Assembly (NCBI GenBank): GCA_014727915.1
Contig: WJMO01000013.1
Location: 1-33,167, forward strand
Direction of reading: 5' to 3'
Origin: Candidatus Altiarchaeales archaeon
GTDB lineage: Archaea > Altiarchaeota > Altiarchaeia > IMC4 > SCGC-AAA252-I15
DNA: 33,167 nt
Position numbers and translations under genes: made by a program. The notes beneath the pieces were generated by a model. It was not told the DNA's origin. It worked only from the letters and a program-made list of their open reading frames with translations, and ran no database searches. Below are positions 17,157 to 25,600 of the stretch, piece by piece. Positions within the stretch are counted from its first letter, which is position 1, and the number at the start of each line of letters is the position of its first letter.

Positions 17157-18075
17157 GTTCCCTCCTCTCATACAATGGTGTAGACAGGTATCTTTCCCCG
17201 GTGTCCGGGAGTATCACCACCACCCTCTTGCCCCTGCCGAGTTTCCCAGCCACTTGCAGTGCGGCCCAGGTGTTGGCCCCGGATGATATGCCCACGAGCA
17301 GCCCCTCCTCCGATGCCAGTCTTTCGCTTGTGTTGAAGGCGTCTTCGTTCTTCACCTTGATGATCTCGTCTATCAGGCCAACGTCGAGTATGTCCGGCTT
17401 GAACCCTGCTCCTATGCCCTGTATCTTATGGGCTCCTGGTTTTCCGCCTGAGAGCACGGGCGAATCCTCCGGCTCTACTGCGATGAACCTGGCCGTTGGG
17501 TGCTTCTCCTTCAGCGCCTGGGCGACTCCGGTTATGGTTCCGCCTGTGCCGACCCCCGCGATGAACGCGTCGAATTCCCCGATTTCATCTTCCAGTTCCC
17601 TGGCGGTGGTTTCCCTGTGGGCTTTCACGTTGGCGTTGTTCTTGAACTGCTGGGGTATGAACACGTGGGGGTCTTCCCCGCCGAGTTCCTCCGCCTTATC
17701 GACCGCGCCCTTCATGCCCTTCGCGCCTTCGGTTAGCACGAGCTCCGCGCCGTAGGCTTTCAGTATCTTCCTCCGTTCCATGCTCATCGTGTCTGGCATG
17801 GTTAGCTTAAGACTGTAGCCTTTCACAGCCGAGACCATTGCCAGCCCGATCCCGGTGTTGCCGGATGTGGGTTCCACGATGATGCTGTCCTCTTTCAGCA
17901 CTCCCTCTCTCTCGGCCTCTTCTATCATGTAAAGTGCTATCCTGTCCTTGACAGAGGAGCCGGGGTTGAAGTATTCTATCTTGGCTATGACTTCCGCGTC
18001 TTCCGGTCCTGTCATATTGTTCAAACGCACGTGCGGCGTTTTTCCGATGGTTTGTGTTATGTTGTCGTATATCAT
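17149..18075 (-). CDS. cysK: Cysteine synthase A (O-acetylserine sulfhydrylase)
   Basis: [14 protein letters not shown] (PLP Lys), [24 protein letters not shown] and DTGERYLST motifs; ATG 18075 follows a GAGGTGA SD. Confidence 0.97.
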   Translation of the reverse strand: MIYDNITQTIGKTPHVRLNNMTGPEDAEVIAKIEYFNPGSSVKDRIALYMIEEAEREGVLKEDSIIVEPTSGNTGIGLAMVSAVKGYSLKLTMPDTMSMERRKILKAYGAELVLTEGAKGMKGAVDKAEELGGEDPHVFIPQQFKNNANVKAHRETTARELEDEIGEFDAFIAGVGTGGTITGVAQALKEKHPTARFIAVEPEDSPVLSGGKPGAHKIQGIGAGFKPDILDVGLIDEIIKVKNEDAFNTSERLASEEGLLVGISSGANTWAALQVAGKLGRGKRVVVILPDTGERYLSTPLYERREHA

Positions 18076-18129
18076 GAATATCACCTCATATCTTTTTTTT
18101 TTGGTTTTTAGGGATAGGATAAGTGGAAA

Positions 18130-18147
18130 GTAGGGACTAACCCCTAC
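18130..18147 (-). terminator. Candidate attenuator hairpin overlapping the leader ORF stop codon
   Basis: GUAGGG-G-UUAG-U-CCCUAC (6 bp plus a G.U pair, 4-nt loop), followed by the pyrimidine tract UUUCCACUUAUCCUAUCCC. Confidence 0.55.
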
Positions 18148-18193
18148 AGCAGCAACAGCGACAGTCGCCGGACCTAGGATGAAAACCATTCAT
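18137..18193 (-). CDS. Poly-cysteine leader peptide [18 protein letters not shown] upstream of cysK
   Basis: ATG AAT GGT TTT CAT CCT AGG TCC GGC GAC TGT CGC TGT TGC TGC TGT AGG GGT TAG; 5 Cys in 6 codons; ends 61 nt before the cysK ATG. Confidence 0.8.
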   Translation of the reverse strand: MNGFHPRSGDCRCCCCRG

Positions 18194-18195
18194 TT

Positions 18196-18209
18196 TTAAC
18201 AATTGTTAA
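18196..18209. promoter_or_regulatory. Operator-like palindrome TTAAC-AATT-GTTAA at the cys leader promoter
   Basis: Perfect 14-bp palindrome between a minus-strand TTTTTATA (18227-18234) and the leader ATG. Confidence 0.7.
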
Positions 18210-18354
18210 GTATAAGGCGTGGCTCATATAAAAACATGGCAGTTCCCGACAGGTCCCAATAAAACAAAAATAATATATAATATATAAAATTTTTCTTAAA
18301 TTATTTAAAAAAAATGCTACTGTCCTCTCTGTTCTGCCTTTGCTGCTTTTATAC

Positions 18355-18367
18355 TTAACGGCGTTAA
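18355..18367. promoter_or_regulatory. Operator-like palindrome TTAAC-GGC-GTTAA at the regulator promoter
   Basis: Directly after TTTTATA (18347-18353) and 8 nt before ATG 18376. Confidence 0.6.
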
Positions 18368-18375
18368 TCTCTACT

Positions 18376-18675
18376 ATGAAGCTGCCGTGCGAGACTGCAT
18401 TGTGGTATGTGCTCCCCCAGATACGGGCCGACCTGAGCCGCGCCCTCGTCAAGGAGGGCATGAGCCAGAAGGAAGTCGCGGACGTGCTGGGCATAACCCC
18501 CGCCGCAGTATCACAGTACATCCATAAGAAGCGCGGGGGCAAGATCAAGAGGACCAAGGAGTACAATGATCTGGTCAGGGATTCGGCCAAGAAGATACTC
18601 AAGTCAAAGGACGATGTTGCGGTGAGGGGGATAATCTGCAGGTGCTGCGCCGTCGGCCAGAAGTCAATGGACTGA
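18376..18675 (+). CDS. Archaeal HTH transcriptional regulator (COG2522-like, without ThiN domain)
   Basis: MKLPCE...YVLP.IRA.L...L...GMSQ.EVA..LGITPAAVSQY...KRG; C-terminal ICRCC; apparently leaderless. Confidence 0.88.
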   Translation: MKLPCETALWYVLPQIRADLSRALVKEGMSQKEVADVLGITPAAVSQYIHKKRGGKIKRTKEYNDLVRDSAKKILKSKDDVAVRGIICRCCAVGQKSMD

Positions 18676-18678
18676 ACC

Positions 18679-19815
18679 TTAACTGCCGTACTCCCTTTCT
18701 TCGCGTTCTATGAAGCCAACCAGCACGTTCCCCAACGTGTTGTTGTATACTAGGAAGGCGTCGTGGCCGTAGGGCAGGTCCAGCTTCCTGTATGTGGTGG
18801 GCGCCCCCGCCTCCGCCAGGCCCTCGTATATCTCCTCGACCTGCTCTGGAGGATACAGCCAGTCCGAGGTGAATGATACGAGCAGGAACCTGGACTTAAC
18901 GTCTTTGAACGCGTCTCTCAAACTCTTTGCCCCTCCTTCTGTGAGGTCGAACTGGTCGATGGCGTGGGTTATGTACAGGTAGCTGTTGGCGTCGAACCGC
19001 CTTACGAAGCTGTTGCCCTTGTACTGCAGGTAGCTTTGTATCTCGAACTCAACGCCGAACTTCTTCCTCGGCTTCTCGTTCTTCCGGTTCCTGTTGAACT
19101 TCCTCTCCAGCGTGTCCTGGCTCAGGTATGTTATGTGCCCCACCTGCCTTGCCAATGCCAGCCCGTCCGCCGGCCTGGATGAACCATAGTAGTCGCCTCC
19201 CTTCCACCGGGGGTCCTTTTGTATGGCCTGCCTTCCGATCTCATGGAATGCTATGCCCATGGGGTACTGTTTGGCTGCCGTGGCTATCGCGATCACCGAA
19301 TGCACGTATCCGGGGTATTCCAGACTCCACTGTAGCGCCTGCATGCCTCCTAGGCTACCCCCCGCCACCGCGAACAGCTTCTTAACTCCCAGGTGGTCGA
19401 GCAGCTTCCTCTGGGCTCTCACCATGTCCCTCACCGTCACAATTGGGAAGTCCAGGCCGTATGGTCTTCCGGTCTCCGGGTTTGTCGAGGAGGGTCCTGT
19501 GGAGCCCTTGCAGCCTCCGACCACGTTGGAGCAGACTATGAAGTACTTGCGCGTGTCGAAGGTCTTGCCCGGCCCCACTGCCACGTCATACCACCCGTGC
19601 TTCCTGCTGTTACGCCTGTGCTTTCCCGCTGCGTGGGCGTCGCCGCTCAGCGAGTGACATATGAGTATCGCGTTCGTGCCTTCTTTGTTGAGACCGCCGT
19701 ATGTTTCATAGGCTATGCGGACGTCCTCCAGTTTTTCGCCGCTTTCCAACTCTAATACGCCCAAGTCGTAGTGTCTGGCCTTCACGACCCCCATTGAACC
19801 ATCTTTCTTCGCCAA
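18679..19815 (-). CDS. metX: Homoserine O-acetyltransferase
   Basis: [29 protein letters not shown] nucleophile elbow, RFDANSY, DWLYP and GHDAFL motifs. Confidence 0.95.
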   Translation of the reverse strand: MAKKDGSMGVVKARHYDLGVLELESGEKLEDVRIAYETYGGLNKEGTNAILICHSLSGDAHAAGKHRRNSRKHGWYDVAVGPGKTFDTRKYFIVCSNVVGGCKGSTGPSSTNPETGRPYGLDFPIVTVRDMVRAQRKLLDHLGVKKLFAVAGGSLGGMQALQWSLEYPGYVHSVIAIATAAKQYPMGIAFHEIGRQAIQKDPRWKGGDYYGSSRPADGLALARQVGHITYLSQDTLERKFNRNRKNEKPRKKFGVEFEIQSYLQYKGNSFVRRFDANSYLYITHAIDQFDLTEGGAKSLRDAFKDVKSRFLLVSFTSDWLYPPEQVEEIYEGLAEAGAPTTYRKLDLPYGHDAFLVYNNTLGNVLVGFIEREEREYGS

Positions 19816-19820
19816 TTACC

Positions 19821-21113
19821 TCACACTCCCTTCAACGCTTGGTTGATGTCTTCTATGATGTCGTCGATGTTCTCCAACCCTGTGGAAAGCCTTACCAGCC
19901 CTGGTGTTATCCCCCCGCTCAACTGCTGTTTCTCTGTCAGCTGGCTGTGTGTGGTGCTGGCAGGGTGTATCGCCAGGCTCTTCGCGTCCCCCACGTTAGC
20001 GAGGTGGGAGAAAAGTTCCAGTGATTCTATGAACTTCCTGCCTGATTTGGCTCCGCCTTTGACCTCGAATATGGCCATCGCCCCGTATCCGTTCTTCAGG
20101 TACTTTTTCGCGTTGTCGTGGGTTGGGTGCGTGTCCAATCCGGGGTACCTGACCCACTCGACGTTTTCATGCGCTTCAAGGTGTTCCGCGACCGCTTGAG
20201 CGTTCCTACAGTGCCTTTCCATCCTAACGGGGAGGGTCTCAAGCCCCTGGAGGAAGATCCATGAGTTGTCCGGGGATATGCACCCTCCCAGGTTCCTCAA
20301 TGGCACGAGCCTCATCCTCAGTATGTAGGCCAGTGGTGTCAGTTCGCCCAGGTCGTGGGCGTATCTTATCCTATGGTAGCTTTCGTCTGGTTCCGTTAGC
20401 AGCGGGTGCTTGTCCGATTTGCTCCAGTCGAAGTTTCCCGAGTCGACAACTGCCCCTCCTATGCCTGTGCCGTGTCCGCCTATCCACTTTGTCAGCGAGT
20501 GTGCTACTATCTCGGCTCCGTGTTCGATGGGCCTTAGCAGGTAGGGTGTCGTGAACGTGCTGTCGACTATGTAGGGTATGCCGTTGTCGTGGGCGATCTC
20601 GGATATTGCCTTGAAGTCGGGCACGTTCAATACGGGGTTCCCGATGGTCTCGGAGTATAGTGCTTTCGTGTTTTCTGTTATTGCCTTACTGTAGTTGTCT
20701 GGGTCTGTGGGGTCTGCGAAGTTGACTTTGATGCCGAGGTCTGGCAGTATGTTGTTGAACTGGGTGTAGGTTCCCCCGTACAGGTCGTTCGCGGACACGA
20801 TCTCGTCCCCGACTCTCGCAAGGTTTATTATGCTGTAGAATATGGCGGTGGTGCCTGATGACAGGGCGAGTCCTCCGACTCCTCCTTCAAGGGAGGCCAG
20901 CCTCTTCTCGAGCACGTCCGTTGTGGGGTTCATCAGCCTCGTGTATATGTTTCCCAGTTCCTTCAACCCGAACAGGTTCGCGGCGTGTTCAGTGTCTTTG
21001 AAGATGTAACTGCTTGTCCTGTACAATGGAACCGCCCTTGACAGTGTCGTCGGGTCAGGCTCCTGCCCTGCGTGGAGCGCTTTTGTCTCCAGTCTTTCTC
21101 CTTCTGACTTCAT
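19821..21113 (-). CDS. metY: O-acetylhomoserine sulfhydrylase (aminocarboxypropyltransferase)
   Basis: [35 protein letters not shown] (PLP Lys) and [20 protein letters not shown] motifs. Confidence 0.96.
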   Translation of the reverse strand: MKSEGERLETKALHAGQEPDPTTLSRAVPLYRTSSYIFKDTEHAANLFGLKELGNIYTRLMNPTTDVLEKRLASLEGGVGGLALSSGTTAIFYSIINLARVGDEIVSANDLYGGTYTQFNNILPDLGIKVNFADPTDPDNYSKAITENTKALYSETIGNPVLNVPDFKAISEIAHDNGIPYIVDSTFTTPYLLRPIEHGAEIVAHSLTKWIGGHGTGIGGAVVDSGNFDWSKSDKHPLLTEPDESYHRIRYAHDLGELTPLAYILRMRLVPLRNLGGCISPDNSWIFLQGLETLPVRMERHCRNAQAVAEHLEAHENVEWVRYPGLDTHPTHDNAKKYLKNGYGAMAIFEVKGGAKSGRKFIESLELFSHLANVGDAKSLAIHPASTTHSQLTEKQQLSGGITPGLVRLSTGLENIDDIIEDINQALKGV

Positions 21114-21128
21114 CTTAACACCAACTTC

Positions 21129-21142
21129 TTAACAATCGTTAA
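21129..21142. promoter_or_regulatory. Operator-like palindrome TTAAC-AATC-GTTAA at the metY-metX promoter
   Basis: 13/14 identical to the cys site; lies between a minus-strand TTTAAAA (21148-21154) and the metY ATG. Confidence 0.7.
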
Positions 21143-21255
21143 TCATGTTTTAAATACTTGTCGGTGGTTTTTATTCTAAATAGAATATTCTATTTTTTAT
21201 TGCATGGGCGAATCCACTGTCGTCTTTATAGTCTCTGGTTCCTAATGGGTTGGGT

Positions 21256-21468
21256 ATGGGTTTATTCGACCTTTTCAAGGGGCCTCCCAAGGACCGGAGC
21301 GGCAGGTGCGCCCAGTGCAGGGCTGAAGGGGAGGATATGCCGTTTTCCAAGAAGTTCAACGGGGAAACCCACTATTTCTGCAGCAAGGAATGCAGCCGAA
21401 AGTTCAGGATCGCGCGGAAGAAGGCTGCCAAGAACCCTCCCACCGGCGGGTCCTCTCTCCCCTGGTAG
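21256..21468 (+). CDS. Small TRASH/YHS-like metal-binding protein
   Basis: MGLFDLFK...CAQC...HYFCSKEC; paralog of 6499-6684. Confidence 0.75.
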   Translation: MGLFDLFKGPPKDRSGRCAQCRAEGEDMPFSKKFNGETHYFCSKECSRKFRIARKKAAKNPPTGGSSLPW

Positions 21469-21507
21469 GGGCCTTTTATTGCTCTGCTTCCCTGGTTTTA
21501 ACCGAAT

Positions 21508-22845
21508 ATGAAGCATAGGCACGCTTCACCCGAAGGTCAGGCTAACGTCGAAGCCCGCCCGGTCAGCCTGCAGCACGAGGGACTTCCCTCGCCCGCCGCG
21601 TCTAGCCTTGGAACCGAGGAAAAACGCTCCGAGATCTACAGGATAGTCCGGGACCTGGCAGGTCGAAACCACTCTGAACTAGAAGGATACTTGGACAGGC
21701 GAATGGGAGGGACCATCGCACCCGGGTCTACATTACGGCGTGTTGACAGGATTTATGGTGTTTGCAGGGCGTTTGACGAGAAAAGGAGCTACTGGCGGCC
21801 CTCCAAGGCGATGAAAACACTGCTGGGACTATACAGCTACAACGTCGAATTCGGCACGGGCAAGGGCGTCTACGCGGTTCCCCTGTCGGATGGGAAAAGG
21901 CCTACCCTGACCCCGGCCCAGGAGGAGCTCGCCTTCTACACGCTGACCAGGGGCTTCACGGACCAGCCCCGCCCCGACCGCTTCCTCCGGAGCTTCGCCA
22001 AAATACCCGAGTCCAATGACATGTGCCGTGTGATGCTCACCACACTGGAGCGCGCCTACATCAGCGGCGTTGAGATCCCCGTCGATAACGCGGCTAAGGC
22101 GTTGGACCTGCTGGTCAACCGCCCGTCCGTGAGGAACGCCTACTCTGGGGAAGGCGATCTAATGGATGGTGAAACCTATCTGACCGCTCGGGGGTTGGCC
22201 ATTGCGTCCTGCCTGCGTAAGCCGGACAGGATGCAAGAGTTCGCAGACTCAATAGCGCCCGGAGAGTGTCTAACACCCCTCCAAAGGGCCTTAAGGAGGA
22301 TCGGCTTGTCGATGCCAGGGTCCTCATGGTTTCACAAATGGGCTGAGAAGATGTCTGAACACGGTGAACTGGACGCGTGGAACCATGTGCTGAATCTCCG
22401 GAAGGACGACCCCGATTGTGTTGTGAGGATGAGGGTGCATCAGGCCACGCGTGTCGTGGACGTCATACCCGGGGAGGGACCCATGCCCGGAGACTGGAGC
22501 GAGTACATCACGGCCCGGCTGAGGGGCCACAGCGACAAAGGTCACATATCCATCTACGGGAAGGACCTCTGGTGGTGCAACGCCGTTGAAGCCTGCCGGG
22601 GCGCTGTCAGGGCGTTGAGGGCCAACGGCTTCCCTGATGAGATGCCAGTTAGGATACGCTTCGACCCCAACGACCCGCTGATAAGCACGATGCCGGAACC
22701 GGAGCACCTAGACGACGAGGGCCTCCTGTCCTCTCCGAAATACCCTCTCAGGGACTTGGACGAGAGGCAGGGGTTCGGCAGGGCGATGATATTGGAGATG
22801 GTCAAGTATGGCAGGCCGCTATCGCATCAGCCCAGAAAAAAATAA
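21508..22845 (+). CDS. Hypothetical protein (445 aa)
   Basis: Long ORF with host-like codon use; no motif recognised. Confidence 0.7.
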   Translation: MKHRHASPEGQANVEARPVSLQHEGLPSPAASSLGTEEKRSEIYRIVRDLAGRNHSELEGYLDRRMGGTIAPGSTLRRVDRIYGVCRAFDEKRSYWRPSKAMKTLLGLYSYNVEFGTGKGVYAVPLSDGKRPTLTPAQEELAFYTLTRGFTDQPRPDRFLRSFAKIPESNDMCRVMLTTLERAYISGVEIPVDNAAKALDLLVNRPSVRNAYSGEGDLMDGETYLTARGLAIASCLRKPDRMQEFADSIAPGECLTPLQRALRRIGLSMPGSSWFHKWAEKMSEHGELDAWNHVLNLRKDDPDCVVRMRVHQATRVVDVIPGEGPMPGDWSEYITARLRGHSDKGHISIYGKDLWWCNAVEACRGAVRALRANGFPDEMPVRIRFDPNDPLISTMPEPEHLDDEGLLSSPKYPLRDLDERQGFGRAMILEMVKYGRPLSHQPRKK

Positions 22846-22898
22846 AAAAAATCTAGGATTAGTTTCCCGCTAACCTTCATGTTAGCCGTTCTCCGCCT

Positions 22899-22934
22899 TT
22901 AATGGCATCCTGGTCCGCATCCTGGCCCGAACAT
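22899..22934 (-). CDS. Candidate 11-aa micro-ORF MFGPGCGPGCH
   Basis: GGAGGTG SD (22941-22947) 6 nt before the ATG; downstream hairpin at 22869-22886 and minus-strand T tract at about 22836-22851. Confidence 0.5.
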   Translation of the reverse strand: MFGPGCGPGCH

Positions 22935-23038
22935 GTCTCCCACCTCCTGTTTAGTGTGCTACTCTTTATCTTCTGCATGTCACAGGTAATAAATGCAATG
23001 GTAACCTTTTCTTAACCAATGCCTCCCATCCTTTTAAC

Positions 23039-23518
23039 ATGGGAAACCCTAAGCCTAAACCCCCTGCTAGCGGCGGATTACCCGCCTCTGAGAGCCTGTG
23101 GCTCCCACCCCACTACGGTGGTGAGCTGAGGAAGAAGGGGGGGTTGGACAAGACGGTCTACTGGGATGTGGAGGAGGTGGTTGACTTCATATTCCCCCGC
23201 AGGTACCAGCCCACCTACCACGCCGTTGCCTGCGACTTCCTGGCGTTGGTGTTGGAACGCGACTATGTGATGAAGAAGGACATCAAGGACTTCCTCAAGG
23301 CGAAAAACTACAGCAAGAGCACGCTGGAGAACAAGATAATACCCAAGCTGGTCCGGTTCGGCCTGCTGAAGAGGGAGCGCGAGATAACTTCGGGGCTGGG
23401 GAAGGGCAGGGCTTTGATACTGAGCGAGTCGCTGACGTTCTCCAACTACCTCGAGCGCATCGGCTTCGCCTGGAACATGCTCGTTTCGACCAGCCGGAAG
23501 AAGAAGGTGAAGGGATAA
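23039..23518 (+). CDS. Hypothetical winged-helix-like protein
   Basis: K.DI...L....YSKSTLENKIIPKLVRFGLLKRER followed by a wing-like beta hairpin. Confidence 0.7.
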   Translation: MGNPKPKPPASGGLPASESLWLPPHYGGELRKKGGLDKTVYWDVEEVVDFIFPRRYQPTYHAVACDFLALVLERDYVMKKDIKDFLKAKNYSKSTLENKIIPKLVRFGLLKREREITSGLGKGRALILSESLTFSNYLERIGFAWNMLVSTSRKKKVKG

Positions 23519-23525
23519 GGCTAGG

Positions 23526-24278
23526 TTAAAGGCTGTGTACCCTGACTCCCTCCCCTCTCTCGAACTCTATGGTGTTTATGTTCTCGCTGTGCTTTGTGTT
23601 CCTCATCTTCCTCACTATGAGGTGCCGGCCCGCGTCGGGTCCTTCGACGTTGTAGTGCATCGTGATGACTCCGTCGACCATGAACTCTTCGATTCCGTAC
23701 TTGCTGATCTTGCCGTCGTCCAAAACATCGGATATCAGGACCGACGTGAGTCCCATGCTCTGGAGCCTGTAGTTTATCCCCAGCATGGTCCTGCGCACGT
23801 TCTCCGTGTTGCTGCTGCCGTAGGTCTTCACCGTCTCGATGAGGCTGTCCAAAGCGCTGAAGCTGTCCACGATGGCTCTCTTCGCGCCTACCGTCTGCAC
23901 AGCCTTCGATATTATCCCCAGCACGGAGTCCAGGGTGAAGCTGCTCTGCGTCGAAAGCGTGTACTCCCCCGCCCTCTCGGGGAAGGCTATCCCGGACAGG
24001 CTCGCATCCACTATTATCAGCTTCTTCTCGTCCTCCAGCTTCTGGAGGTCGAATCCCATGTGCATCATGTCCTCCTTTAGTATCTTGGGGTTCTGCTCGA
24101 AGCTGACCAGAACACCGGCCTCGCCGTGTTCGACAGCCCCGTTGTATAGGAACTGTGTTGCCATTATGCTCTTCCCCGTTCCGCAGCCTCCGGCCAGGAG
24201 CATCACCCTACCCCTTGGGAAGCCGCCTTCCAACAGCTCGTCCAGTCCAGGTATCCCGGTAGGACATCTCTCCATCAT
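23526..24278 (-). CDS. Single-domain KaiC/RAD55-like RecA-fold ATPase
   Basis: TGIPGLDELL.GGFP, GGCGTGKS, SFEQ, R.IVDS, EEFMVDGVI and VRKMR.T.HS motifs. Confidence 0.93.
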   Translation of the reverse strand: MMERCPTGIPGLDELLEGGFPRGRVMLLAGGCGTGKSIMATQFLYNGAVEHGEAGVLVSFEQNPKILKEDMMHMGFDLQKLEDEKKLIIVDASLSGIAFPERAGEYTLSTQSSFTLDSVLGIISKAVQTVGAKRAIVDSFSALDSLIETVKTYGSSNTENVRRTMLGINYRLQSMGLTSVLISDVLDDGKISKYGIEEFMVDGVITMHYNVEGPDAGRHLIVRKMRNTKHSENINTIEFERGEGVRVHSL

Positions 24279-24841
24279 TTTTTACCTTCCCCCTTTCTTT
24301 TTTTGATCTTGGTCTCCAACTCTATTAGCTTCTTCTGGTAGTCCTGTGTTATGTTGCTGAAGCTCTTCTCGTCCAGCATCCTCTTGTGGTATTTGTCCCT
24401 GGTGGCCTCTATCATCCTCTCGATCTCCTCCCTCTCCTCCTCAAGCCTCCCCAGCTCGCTGCCTTCTCCAGTGCTCGTCCTTTCCATCTCCCCCAGCCTG
24501 TCCCAGTGGCCCCTCTTTATGCCGTCGCTCATGGGCTTGTTGGCTGTTACCTTGTCGATCTTCTCGACCTCGGAGGACAGTATCGAGTCCAGGTCCCCCC
24601 TTCGCGCCTTCAGCTCGGCGTTCACCTCCTTCAACTCCGCGCTCACGCGCATTAGGGCTCTCTTCTTCTGCCTGATCTGCTTTTCAAGCCCGTCCCGGGT
24701 CTGTGTGAGGTTGTAGGTGTAGAGAAGCGCCAGGATCCCGAAAACGAAACCTACCAGCCCTAAAGTGCTCAGGTCCATCCCCCCATCCTTTGGGGTTGCT
24801 GTCGCTATGGCTGTCGTCGCCAGCATCAATAATGGATTCAT
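24275..24841 (-). CDS. Membrane-anchored coiled-coil protein
   Basis: TM segment LGLVGFVFGILALLY, long heptad helices, YHKR.LDE.SF tail; ATGA overlaps on both sides. Confidence 0.75.
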   Translation of the reverse strand: MNPLLMLATTAIATATPKDGGMDLSTLGLVGFVFGILALLYTYNLTQTRDGLEKQIRQKKRALMRVSAELKEVNAELKARRGDLDSILSSEVEKIDKVTANKPMSDGIKRGHWDRLGEMERTSTGEGSELGRLEEEREEIERMIEATRDKYHKRMLDEKSFSNITQDYQKKLIELETKIKKRKGEGKK

Positions 24842-25164
24842 CCTTCCTCTTCCCCTTCCTCCGCCTGGGCCTCATCTCCCCCCTCTTTGGAGACTCTCTC
24901 CAGGTATCTTACCAGGCCTTCGAGCTCGTGCGCCACGTCCTCGCCCAGCTCCGTTAATGTGACGAATTTTATGCGTCCGTCCCGTTCGAACTCGACCAGA
25001 CCGTATTCCCTGAGCTCCTCGATTATCTTCAGCGTGTGGGTGTATGTGCAGTCGTTCTCCTTTGACAGGACCGAGGCGTACTTCTTCTCCTTGCTCTTCA
25101 GGCTCAGTATTATCCCAGCCGGCTTCTCATGCAAAAGCAGGTTGACTATCCCTCGCTCACTCAT
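24838..25164 (-). CDS. Archaeal MarR-like winged-helix regulator
   Basis: EKP..I..L, YASVLSK..DCTY.H..KI...L...GLV.F...GRIK.V.LTE.G motifs. Confidence 0.88.
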   Translation of the reverse strand: MSERGIVNLLLHEKPAGIILSLKSKEKKYASVLSKENDCTYTHTLKIIEELREYGLVEFERDGRIKFVTLTELGEDVAHELEGLVRYLERVSKEGGDEAQAEEGEEEG

Positions 25165-25216
25165 CCAAACCACCAGTAAGATATACACATCTATTAATAT
25201 ATTCCACAGTATGCTT

Positions 25217-25579
25217 CTATCTCTTCTCTGCTTTCACCGTGACCTTACCCTCCTTGTGCTCCACAACCAACGTTTCCTCGTCTATGGGGGAGGGTGTGAA
25301 GTAGCTGTTGTGGAATTTGACGTCTCCGTCCTCCTTCTTCTCCAGTATGAGGTCGACGCTTATCGCGTTTGGGGTGGCTGAAACCTCAACATCCTCCTCG
25401 CTGTAACCCTTGACCCTCGTCTCCAAGACAACCCAATCCCCTTCCTCCCTTATCTCGGCGTGCAATTTCAAGGTTGCTGGCTTATGGCTGCCGTGGCGGT
25501 TGAAGAAAGGGGTCATGACTATGTCTTCGACCATGTACCTGTGCTCTTTTCCACCGCCTCCCTCGAGGCCGTCTTCCAT
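25217..25579 (-). CDS. Hsp20/alpha-crystallin-like domain protein
   Basis: GYSEEDVEV, F..SY..P.PID and G.VTV.A.K pattern. Confidence 0.7.
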   Translation of the reverse strand: MEDGLEGGGGKEHRYMVEDIVMTPFFNRHGSHKPATLKLHAEIREEGDWVVLETRVKGYSEEDVEVSATPNAISVDLILEKKEDGDVKFHNSYFTPSPIDEETLVVEHKEGKVTVKAEKR

Positions 25580-25600
25580 GGTAAAAAAATAGTAGGGGTC

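Noticed and set aside
18076-18189. 38-aa N-terminal extension of CysK in the ORF track
   Set aside because: It has no CysK homology and a strong SD precedes ATG 18075. The meaningful frame here is the Cys leader starting at 18193.
22827-22880. Second micro-ORF MKVSGKLILDFFYFFLG on the minus strand
   Set aside because: The ATG lies in a hairpin loop, the ORF runs through the T-rich terminator, and its SD is weak.
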